Positions 16,864 through 23,991 of a stretch of DNA of 35,511 nucleotides are shown one piece after another. The DNA comes from Candidatus Woesearchaeota archaeon. GTDB lineage: Archaea; Nanobdellota; Nanobdellia; Pacearchaeales; GW2011-AR1. The translations under genes were made by a program, and so were the position numbers. Each line of letters opens with the position of its first letter. The first letter of the stretch is position 1. The notes beneath the pieces were generated by a model that saw only the letters and a program-made list of their open reading frames with translations, ran no database searches and was not told the origin of the DNA. The stretch lies in NCBI GenBank assembly GCA_964366925.1, contig CAYIVX010000003.1, positions 1 through 35,511 of the forward strand, in the 5' to 3' direction.

Positions 16864-17289
16864 ATGATACTTCTTATGACAGAACAAAAAATTCCTGCAA
16901 AATTGCAGAGGCTTCTTGATTACGGAACAATGAAAGACGAAAAAGAGCCGAGAGAATACAAATTTTATGATTTTGAAGGAAAAGAAAAAACAGCACATTT
17001 AAGCGGTGATGATATCCTTGCTGAAAAATTAAGATGCCCTAGAGACGGCGTAAGAATCGCCAATTATTCAGGAGACCCCCATAGAGTTTCTGAATGTCCT
17101 AATTGTGGATATTCTCCTTCTCATAGCAACCCCTATTCAAGAGAAAAAGATTTGGCAGATCTCGCTGAAAGAATAAAAACTGCCGAAGCAGAACTTGCAA
17201 AAATTAAGGCTACAAGGCAAGTTGTTCAAAATCAAAGCCATCCAGTAGTTAGAGCTAATTTAAGAGATGACGCAATGTTTGATAGTTAA
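16864..17289 (+). CDS. hypothetical zinc-ribbon protein with a C-terminal coiled coil (141 aa)
   Basis: RCPRDG ... ECPNCG is a CPxx...CPxC pair. No family recognised. Confidence 0.4.
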   Translation: MILLMTEQKIPAKLQRLLDYGTMKDEKEPREYKFYDFEGKEKTAHLSGDDILAEKLRCPRDGVRIANYSGDPHRVSECPNCGYSPSHSNPYSREKDLADLAERIKTAEAELAKIKATRQVVQNQSHPVVRANLRDDAMFDS

Positions 17290-17538
17290 TCTCTAAAGAG
17301 CATTTGATATTCTAAAAAAACTAATTGAAGAGAATAAAAATCCCCTTTTCTTAATATACTTTTAACGAGATAGTCCCCAGTACACCTCGTAATCTCCAAG
17401 ATAATCAACTACCATCACGCCGCGAATACGAAATAGTCTATGCTGACGAGAGGTTTATCATCTACCATGGATTGCCAATAACCTTTCTTCTTTAGAAAAG
17501 AAGAAACCTTAACGGTAGAAGAAACTTAGTTAGCAAGA

Positions 17539-17573
17539 ACGAGGAGAGCCGCGTTCAATTCGCGGGCGGCGCA
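17539..17573 (+). tRNA. 3' half (positions 38-73) of the split tRNA-Gly(GCC)
   Basis: A/CGAGG/AGAG/CCGCG-TTCAATT-CGCGG/GCGGCGC/A. Canonical T-arm. The acceptor 3' strand pairs 7/7 (one G-U) with GCGCTGC at 14283. CGAGG pairs 5/5 (one G-U) with TCTCG at 14309. Confidence 0.6.
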
Positions 17574-17615
17574 TAATTGAACTTTAGCAAAGATTAAGAT
17601 AAAAATTATTCCGAA

Positions 17616-17972
17616 CTAATTATAAACCAATATGTCTGTTTTTGGCACTTTATGACCTAAATCTAAAGTTAAAGGGATAGGAATATTAACAATTTGACCT
17701 TCTCGTTTAAATGTCATCATAAGCAAAACAAGAACGTTATTTGTTTTATAATTTACGGACATTTTAATGTTCTGAACTTGGTTTAAGAATTCTTTAGCTA
17801 TTCCTAAATTTTCACTAGCATCCATTATTTCTATTCCACAAATTAGATTATCCGAACTTACATCAAGAATAAAATCGCCTACATCTAAAGAAGATTTTAC
17901 TTTTTCTCCATTTGATAAGAACAATATATCATTGTCCAAATCGTAGTCTATTGTTTTAATTGTTTTTGCCAT
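17616..17972 (-). CDS. DUF2283-family protein (putative antitoxin partner)
   Basis: IDYDLDNDILFLSNG ... DFILDVSSDNLICGIEIMDAS matches the DUF2283 pattern (yD.e.D.lyi ... G.ivGiEil.as). Confidence 0.6.
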   Translation of the reverse strand: MAKTIKTIDYDLDNDILFLSNGEKVKSSLDVGDFILDVSSDNLICGIEIMDASENLGIAKEFLNQVQNIKMSVNYKTNNVLVLLMMTFKREGQIVNIPIPLTLDLGHKVPKTDILVYN

Positions 17973-18256
17973 TTCTTATTACTATTCCAAGCACTTATTA
18001 CTTTTAAACCTTTTGAAATATCAATTTCAATTATCACAACTAAGGAGTATTTGCCACTCATTTTAAACCAAAGTTTGAATCTATTCTCTACTTTGCCTTG
18101 CTCGATTTTCTCTAATCTGCTCAATTGTGATAGAAAACTTCTTATCATTCCCTCTTTTAGGGGTCTTTCTTGACTCCTTTTATAAAAATGTGAATCAAAG
18201 ATTATACTATCTTGATTTAAATTTTCAAGAAAAATCTTAACTTCTTTTAGTTCCAT
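17948..18256 (-). CDS. DUF4258-like small protein (putative toxin partner)
   Basis: DSHFYKRSQERPLKEGMI resembles the DUF4258 H-x3-R-x2-eR motif. Overlaps the downstream DUF2283 gene by 25 nt. Confidence 0.45.
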   Translation of the reverse strand: MELKEVKIFLENLNQDSIIFDSHFYKRSQERPLKEGMIRSFLSQLSRLEKIEQGKVENRFKLWFKMSGKYSLVVIIEIDISKGLKVISAWNSNKKWQKQLKQ

Positions 18257-18360
18257 CTATCTCCCCAATTATAACTAGCTTACATGTTTAAATCTTTTTC
18301 GGATAATAAAGTAAGAAACCCAATTTGACAGTACATCTGACTTCATTATATAATCTCGGT

Positions 18361-18376
18361 TGCGGACAGTGCATAA
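18361..18376 (+). repeat. 16-nt direct repeat TGCGGACAGTGCATAA (copy 1)
   Basis: 15/16 identical to 19684-19699. The two copies bracket ORF 18421-18654 and fic. Confidence 0.5.
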
Positions 18377-18420
18377 TACTACTGAATCTTAATAAAATAT
18401 ATAAACATCAAATTTGTGAT

Positions 18421-18654
18421 ATGTTTATGGTAAATTCTATCTTAGAAAAATATGGGCATATTGGGCAGCAAGTTACTAGTCTAGAAGAATTTCGTAGAGC
18501 AAGATATATTGGTTTAAATTTAGATATAGATGATTCAAGAATAGATGAATCATCTAGAATAATATCTCCTCCAGATTTAGAAAGATTTGAAGCAGAAGAT
18601 ATGCAATTCTCAAGACAGCTAAGAGAAGCTTCAGAATTGGCTGCAGACTTATAG
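18421..18654 (+). CDS. hypothetical small protein (about 77 aa from the internal ATG)
   Basis: The track ORF starts at a TTG (18325). An ATG at 18421 follows an AT-rich TATA-like stretch. Confidence 0.35.
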   Translation: MFMVNSILEKYGHIGQQVTSLEEFRRARYIGLNLDIDDSRIDESSRIISPPDLERFEAEDMQFSRQLREASELAADL

Positions 18655-18717
18655 CTTATTATTTTAAATTATAGGTAGGCGGTGCATTTTTTATTTTTAG
18701 TAGAATTCCAAAGAAAA

Positions 18718-19620
18718 TTAGAATCTTAAATTCTGTTCCTGCAAAAGTGCAAACAAGAATTTTAACATTGGCTCAAGATTTCCTTCAATCTGGGCTTCTT
18801 GCAAGCAATCATAATATTTTGTTTTCTTTGAGTTTGGTATGTTTATCATTGGAAATCCATTTTTATGAAGTATAAAGTTCATCAATAACCTTCCAGTTCT
18901 GCCGTTTCCATCAACGAAAGGATGAATTGTTTCAAAAGCAACATGAAAATAAGAAGCCAAGATTAGTGGATGTAGACTCTTTTTATTTCTTGAATACCAA
19001 TTTAGCAAATTGCTAATTTCTGCCGGGACTTCTTCTGGTTTAGGGGGCATCCAATTAGTTCCTTTAATATAAACTTGAAGTGTTCTGTAAATGCCTGTTT
19101 GATTTGCGAGATGTGGTTTTAATGTATCCTTAACTACAAGTTCATGCAATTTCAGGATTAACTCTTTAGTTATCTCTCCCTTATAGCTGAGTATGTAATC
19201 AAATGCTTTCTTATGGTTCAATATTTCATTTATTTCTCTTAAAGATTTTGCAGAAGGTGCTCTATTTTCAAATAAAAGACTAGCAGTTTCTTGCAGGGAG
19301 ATTGTATTTCCTTCTATGGCTGTGGAATCATAAGTAAACAGAGAACAAAATGCCTCATATCTATTCTCAAATGTTTCTTTAGGTTCTTTCTTATAATCTT
19401 GTTTTATTTTGGCTAACTTTTTTATTTCTTCTTTGTCAAGAAGATAATTTAATGCGACAAGCTTCTCATCCGCTTTCTGTTCGAATTCTTTAATTTTATT
19501 TTTTTCCAAGTCTACTCCCAAGTATACTCTTTGTTTGCTTATCTTATCCTTGTTCCTTATAGATTTAACACGATAATAATACTTTCTTCCATTAATCTCT
19601 TTTATTTCAGTATATACCAT
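18718..19620 (-). CDS. fic: Fic/DOC-family protein (putative AMPylase)
   Basis: HPFVDGNGRTGRLLMN matches the Fic motif HxFx(D/E)GNGRxxR. Confidence 0.85.
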   Translation of the reverse strand: MVYTEIKEINGRKYYYRVKSIRNKDKISKQRVYLGVDLEKNKIKEFEQKADEKLVALNYLLDKEEIKKLAKIKQDYKKEPKETFENRYEAFCSLFTYDSTAIEGNTISLQETASLLFENRAPSAKSLREINEILNHKKAFDYILSYKGEITKELILKLHELVVKDTLKPHLANQTGIYRTLQVYIKGTNWMPPKPEEVPAEISNLLNWYSRNKKSLHPLILASYFHVAFETIHPFVDGNGRTGRLLMNFILHKNGFPMINIPNSKKTKYYDCLQEAQIEGNLEPMLKFLFALLQEQNLRF

Positions 19621-19627
19621 AATAATA

Positions 19628-19671
19628 TTACGGCTACATCATTTATAAATGTTTCTAAGATGTAGCCGTAA
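19628..19671 (-). promoter_or_regulatory. perfect 13-bp inverted repeat bracketing a TATA-like box directly upstream of fic
   Basis: TTACGGCTACATC (19628-19640) and GATGTAGCCGTAA (19659-19671). The 18-nt spacer reads TTTATAAAT on the minus strand. The arm ends 8 nt from the fic ATG. Confidence 0.6.
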
Positions 19672-19683
19672 GAATAGATTATG

Positions 19684-19699
19684 TGCGGACGGTGCATAA
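19684..19699 (+). repeat. 16-nt direct repeat TGCGGACGGTGCATAA (copy 2)
   Basis: See 18361-18376. A degenerate GGCGGTGCAT also occurs at 18678-18687. Confidence 0.5.
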
Positions 19700-19742
19700 A
19701 TAGTTTTAAAAGCTATTTCTTAATTATTCTGGTATGAAACAA

Positions 19743-19814
19743 TAAAAAACTTCTACGTCCCTTCGGGTTCGTGTAAAAAAGTTTTTTACATTCAGAAAAT
19801 CAAGGATTTTCTGA
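19743..19814 (+). promoter_or_regulatory. conserved two-hairpin upstream module, copy A (upstream of tfs)
   Basis: Outer stem TAAAAAACTT/AAGTTTTTTA (19743-19752 and 19779-19788) encloses CCC-ttc-GGG. Then TCAGAAAAT-caagg-ATTTTCTGA (19792-19814). A/C-rich leader to the ATG at 19842. Confidence 0.6.
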
Positions 19815-19841
19815 CTGTTCTTTTTGTTTCACAAAAACAAC

Positions 19842-20189
19842 ATGGGCATAATCTTTTGTGATAAATGCGGAAAAATAATGAAAATAGAAAAAGATGTAGT
19901 TAGTGGTAATAATGTTGCAAAATGTCTTTGTGGTTTTGAAATGCCTCTTAATAGTCATGATCATGAAGTAAGTTCTATCGAGTCTATAAAAAAACAGCCA
20001 GAGATTGGAAAAGGTGCTGTAAGCACTAAAAATAAGCTTGCTACATTTCCACATGAATGTACAAAATGTGGTCACGATGGGGCTGAAGTTATAGACCTGG
20101 GAGTCTGGTATGGTGATGAAGCGGGAGTTATACGATATAAATGCGGAAAATGCGGACATACAGATCAGGATAAAGAGAGTAATACTTAA
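19842..20189 (+). CDS. tfs: transcription factor S / RpoM-like (TFIIS-type zinc-ribbon protein)
   Basis: N-terminal zinc ribbon FCDKCGKIM...CLCG. C-terminal ribbon CTKCGHDGAEV...YGDEAGVIRYKCGKCGH with an acidic DE loop. About 115 aa from the ATG at 19842. Confidence 0.75.
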   Translation: MGIIFCDKCGKIMKIEKDVVSGNNVAKCLCGFEMPLNSHDHEVSSIESIKKQPEIGKGAVSTKNKLATFPHECTKCGHDGAEVIDLGVWYGDEAGVIRYKCGKCGHTDQDKESNT

Positions 20190-20229
20190 TCAATAGCTTT
20201 AAAACCCCTAAATTAGTGAAACAATAAAC

Positions 20230-20649
20230 ATGATGAAAAGAATAACTGCGGCAATACCTTATGAAGCTTACTGGAAAAGCAATTCTAGAGGGGGTTATAT
20301 CTATGAGATTCTTAGCACTACAAAGCAAGAAGTAAATCCAACAAAAGATTATATCTCCAGTGTTCTGGTTCTTAATATGCGAACCGGAAAAGAGAAAGTT
20401 CTTAGACCTGAAGATTTTAAAGATATGATTCGACTTCCAAGAAATGAAGCTAAGGAAATTTACTGTGCAAAATATGGCTCAAGAAGAGCATTTAGAGAGA
20501 TGACTTGCTCCTACGAAGAAAAGCAGTATATTCAAGAAAAAACTAAATTGGTACACCAATTTATAAGAGATACAAAGAAGATTGAAAATGCTGTAAATGA
20601 TGTTCTTGCAATTACTAGAAAATTCACTAAAAGATATAGGGGAATTTAG
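20230..20649 (+). CDS. hypothetical protein (139 aa)
   Basis: ATG ORF. No family recognised. Confidence 0.4.
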   Translation: MMKRITAAIPYEAYWKSNSRGGYIYEILSTTKQEVNPTKDYISSVLVLNMRTGKEKVLRPEDFKDMIRLPRNEAKEIYCAKYGSRRAFREMTCSYEEKQYIQEKTKLVHQFIRDTKKIENAVNDVLAITRKFTKRYRGI

Positions 20650-20719
20650 AGATAAAATAACATTATCAATACCTTTAAATATACTCTAAAATATTAGTTA
20701 ATATAAATCACTAAATAAA

Positions 20720-22585
20720 ATGGCTAATCCCAATTCTTCAAATTCTGAAAAATCTGAACATTCTGAAAAACCTAAGAGACCTGAAAATCTTTCTGATGAA
20801 CTTAAAAATCCTGGTATGAACTATCAACCTGGACAAAAACTTCCTGGAGAAATTACTGAAGAAGCGAAAAAAGAAATTGATAAAACAAAACAGAAGCTTG
20901 ACGAATTCAAAAAAGAAATTATAAAAAAATATCCCTTTACACTTGCTCTCGGAATAACTCCCCCTCAAGCTGCTGAAAGATTTGATGAAGAATTAGGATT
21001 GACAGAAGAAGAAAAGAAGACTAAGCCAATGCATATTGTGATGGTTATTCCTGAAGAGAATTATAAAGAAGTTGGAAAAATCAAAGCAGAGATTATTAAA
21101 ATTGTTAAAGATAATAAACCAAAGTTATGGGTTAATATTATAACTCCTGTTGATTTATGGAATTTTTGTCTTGACTCTAAGTATGATATTGTTGAAGCAC
21201 TCGGAATGAGTTATCCGTTACATGATAAGGGAATTCTTGGTGCACTTCGTGTTTCGCAAATACATAAATCTCTTTGTTTAAGAAAATTTGAAAAATATAT
21301 CTATAGTTATGTAATTGGCGGTTCGTTAGTTCGTGGAGAAGCAAAACAAACCAGTGATGTTGATATTTTTGTTATCATTGATGATACTGATGTTAAAAGA
21401 ATGTCTAGACTTGAGTTAAAAGAAAAACTTAGAGGGATTATTTACCAATATGTTGCCGAAGCTGGCGAACTGGCTGGAGTTAAGAACAAATTATCTCCTC
21501 AAGTATATTTACTTACTGAATTTTGGGAAGATGTTAAAGATGCTTCGCCCGTTATTTTTACCTTTATTAGAGATGGAATTCCTCTTTATGATCGAGGCGG
21601 ATTTTTGCCATGGAAGCTTTTATTAAAGATGGGAAAAATAAAACCTTCCCCTGAAGCTATTGATAGATTTATGGCAATGGGCGATAAAACTAAGGAAGTA
21701 ATTAAGCAAAGATTGATGGATATTGTTCTTAATGATTTATATTGGAGTATAATAACACCCACACAAGCTCTTCTTATGATGTATGGAATACCTCCGCCAA
21801 ATGTTTATGAAACTGTTAAGGAAGTAAAAAGAATTTTTGTCGAGAAAGAAAAAATGATGGAGAAAAAATATTTAGATATTCTTGAAAATATTGCTATAAC
21901 TTATTATAAGGGATATGAGCATGGAAAAGTTAAAGAGGTTTCTGGTGCAGAAGTTGATAAGCTTATGAAAGACGTTGAAGATTATACAAAAAAACTTAAG
22001 GAAATGGCTGTTGAAATAGAAAAACGTTCACAAGAAAGAACTATTGAAGAAACCTACTCGAATGTTTTCAAACTTTTAAAAAATATTTTTGGAAATAAAA
22101 ATGAACAAGAATTAGTAAAAGATTTTGAACGCGAGTTAGTCAAAAAAGGCAGAACTGACCCTAAGAATCTTCATATCATTAACCATCTTATCGACGCTAA
22201 AAAAAGATATAAGAGTAAGAAAAAACCAAGCAAATATGAAATAGAAGAAGTAAGAAAAAATGCTACTTTCTTAATAAATAATCTTATTGAGTATGGGCAA
22301 CGATGTGATTTATCAGAAATAAGAAAAATGCAGGTTAGAGTTAATTACAAAGAAAATGGGCAAGATAAACATGCAGAATTGTTTTTAACTAATCCTATTT
22401 ATGTAATCATCGATAATCAATTTAAGAAAATAATTGAAAAAGATGAAAAAGCAAGATTCGAAGAAGGAAAACAGGATGAATTCGATAATATTTTATCTAC
22501 TCAAAAAGGAAAACCCCACAATATTTCTGAGAAAGTCTTAGAGCTTTTGAAAAGAGAGCTAAAAGATTTTAATATGTCGTTTTGA
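20720..22585 (+). CDS. large nucleotidyltransferase-domain protein (621 aa) with an N-terminal low-complexity region and a C-terminal helical (HEPN/KNTase_C-like) region
   Basis: IGGSLVRGEAKQTSDVDIFVIIDD is the NT motif. KPSPEAIDRFMAMGDK...LYWSIITPTQALLMMYG parallels the C-terminal part of ORF 34354-35169. Confidence 0.7.
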   Translation: MANPNSSNSEKSEHSEKPKRPENLSDELKNPGMNYQPGQKLPGEITEEAKKEIDKTKQKLDEFKKEIIKKYPFTLALGITPPQAAERFDEELGLTEEEKKTKPMHIVMVIPEENYKEVGKIKAEIIKIVKDNKPKLWVNIITPVDLWNFCLDSKYDIVEALGMSYPLHDKGILGALRVSQIHKSLCLRKFEKYIYSYVIGGSLVRGEAKQTSDVDIFVIIDDTDVKRMSRLELKEKLRGIIYQYVAEAGELAGVKNKLSPQVYLLTEFWEDVKDASPVIFTFIRDGIPLYDRGGFLPWKLLLKMGKIKPSPEAIDRFMAMGDKTKEVIKQRLMDIVLNDLYWSIITPTQALLMMYGIPPPNVYETVKEVKRIFVEKEKMMEKKYLDILENIAITYYKGYEHGKVKEVSGAEVDKLMKDVEDYTKKLKEMAVEIEKRSQERTIEETYSNVFKLLKNIFGNKNEQELVKDFERELVKKGRTDPKNLHIINHLIDAKKRYKSKKKPSKYEIEEVRKNATFLINNLIEYGQRCDLSEIRKMQVRVNYKENGQDKHAELFLTNPIYVIIDNQFKKIIEKDEKARFEEGKQDEFDNILSTQKGKPHNISEKVLELLKRELKDFNMSF

Positions 22586-22624
22586 TATACATTTCTTTAA
22601 AAAGTATAAAAAATATAAGAAAAT

Positions 22625-22942
22625 ATGACTGGAGTTAAAGTTCAACCTTATGAAAGAAAGCGAGAAGAAAGGTTTACAATTCCGTTTGAAGATTCTGGCA
22701 GAGTTAGAGATGTCTGCGTGGAGTATCAGGCTACTGAATGTTTAGAAGATAATCAATTGATATTATGTCGTGAACGTTGCAGAATTTCTTCGGTAAATAT
22801 GAATTTTTGGTTTATATCTTATTTTGGAGATAGAAAAACATTAAGACAAGAATATCCCTCTAATATTGCATTAAACAGAAAATGTTTAGCTACTCTGAAA
22901 GAAAAACTTCCAGATTATGTTTGTAAAATTCTTCCTGAATAA
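22625..22942 (+). CDS. hypothetical small protein (105 aa)
   Basis: ATG ORF. No family recognised. Confidence 0.35.
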   Translation: MTGVKVQPYERKREERFTIPFEDSGRVRDVCVEYQATECLEDNQLILCRERCRISSVNMNFWFISYFGDRKTLRQEYPSNIALNRKCLATLKEKLPDYVCKILPE

Positions 22943-22998
22943 ACAAAATCTAAATAACACCAATAGTTTTATAAAAACAATTCTAATTCTAACTTAAA

Positions 22999-23472
22999 AT
23001 GAACAGAGCACGAATTAATCGTATGATTGGAAAATGGATTCATAATATTTCTTTTGATGATCTGAGGAATTCTAGTTTTGAAGAATATATGAAAAGCAGA
23101 ATATTGGGTAGTAGAACTATTTTTGAATTAGCCTTTAAATCTTCTAGAGCAGGAAGAATTCTTTATGAAGCAGAGTATAATTCCTACCGAGAACAGGTTT
23201 GCAAGCCATTAGGATTAAGTGAGATTGATTTAGAAGGATTTAAAAGAGACTTTCAACAAAATAAGGGTATGAATACTTTAACTGAAACTATAAAAAAAGT
23301 TGAATTAACTGAAGGTCATGGAAAAGAAGAATCCTTAGCTGAGAAAGCAAATAGATATATTTCTGATTGCCATAGCTATTGCACCGCGATGGTTGGAGCT
23401 CATTCTGATGAAGGTAATCTTATAAGATATTTACTGTGGTCCATATCTGAAGTTTGCACAAGAAGAAGCTGA
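22999..23472 (+). CDS. hypothetical protein (157 aa)
   Basis: ATG ORF. No family recognised. Confidence 0.4.
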   Translation: MNRARINRMIGKWIHNISFDDLRNSSFEEYMKSRILGSRTIFELAFKSSRAGRILYEAEYNSYREQVCKPLGLSEIDLEGFKRDFQQNKGMNTLTETIKKVELTEGHGKEESLAEKANRYISDCHSYCTAMVGAHSDEGNLIRYLLWSISEVCTRRS

Positions 23473-23542
23473 AATTCTATAGTTCCTTCTTTTAGATAAG
23501 CTTTTTAAACCCAATTTTGTATTCTATCTTAAGTAAAACAAG

Positions 23543-23614
23543 TAAAAAACTTACGGTTCCCTTCGGGTTCGTGTAAAAAAGTTTTTTATATTCAGAAATT
23601 TAAGAAATTTCTGA
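23543..23614 (+). promoter_or_regulatory. conserved two-hairpin upstream module, copy B (upstream of rpl35ae)
   Basis: Near-identical to copy A over about 50 nt: TAAAAAACTT...CCCTTCGGGTTCGTGTAAAAAAGTTTTTTA. Then TCAGAAATTT-aag-AAATTTCTGA (23592-23614). Confidence 0.6.
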
Positions 23615-23653
23615 CTTTTTGTTTTGCTTAAATAAAGTAAAAACAAAACAAAT

Positions 23654-23911
23654 ATGATCAAGGGCAAAGTTATTCAATTTAGAAGAAGTTTAAAGCACGT
23701 ACACGAAAGACATTTTATTCTAGACTTTGGCACAAAAAATAAACTTGAAGCTACTAAATTAATTGGAAAAGAAGTTATATGGAAAAGTGAAGCAGGAAAA
23801 ATTATCTCTGGAAAAATTTCTGGTTCTCATGGAAGTAAAGGATTAGTTCGAGCTATTTTTGAGAGAGGATTACCTGGTCAAGCATTAAATACGGAAGTAG
23901 AGGTTAAATAA
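23654..23911 (+). CDS. rpl35ae: 50S ribosomal protein L35Ae (eL33)
   Basis: GKVIQFRRS ... GKEVIWKSEAGKIISGKISGSHGSKGLVRAIFERGLPGQALNTEVEV matches the archaeal L35Ae pattern closely. Confidence 0.93.
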   Translation: MIKGKVIQFRRSLKHVHERHFILDFGTKNKLEATKLIGKEVIWKSEAGKIISGKISGSHGSKGLVRAIFERGLPGQALNTEVEVK

Positions 23912-23918
23912 CTTGAAT

Positions 23919-23991
23919 ATGAAAAATCAACTAAAAGCTTCGCTTTGGCAATACAAGATTTTTCATACTCAGAAAATCAAAGATTTTCTGA
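23919..23991 (+). promoter_or_regulatory. conserved two-hairpin upstream module, copy C (upstream of rpl10e)
   Basis: Outer stem ATGAAAAATC/GATTTTTCAT (23919-23928 and 23957-23966). Inner AAAGC-ttc-GCTTT (23934-23946). TCAGAAAAT-caaag-ATTTTCTGA (23969-23991). Confidence 0.6.

Noticed and set aside
17417-17423. ACGCCGC as a local 5' acceptor strand for the tRNA 3' half at 17539-17573, which would make it an intron-containing gene within 17340-17573
   Set aside because: It gives an A1-C72 mismatch. The following sequence has no D-arm (no GG loop, no pairing stem). The nearest CCTCG (17385) is followed by a loop lacking U33. The 5' half at 14283 fits far better.
17443-17450. CTGACGAG preceded by CGAAATAGTC resembles the hammerhead ribozyme core (CUGAUGAG ... 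GAAA ... GUC)
   Set aside because: The order and spacing do not allow stems I to III to form; no stem III fits between GAAA and GUC. It is most likely a chance match inside the leader hairpin region.
19800-20968. Minus-strand ORFs 19800-20159, 20128-20328 and 20738-20968
   Set aside because: They are antisense to tfs, ORF 20230 and the 621-aa NT gene. No start context is evident, and the composition is that of a shadow frame.
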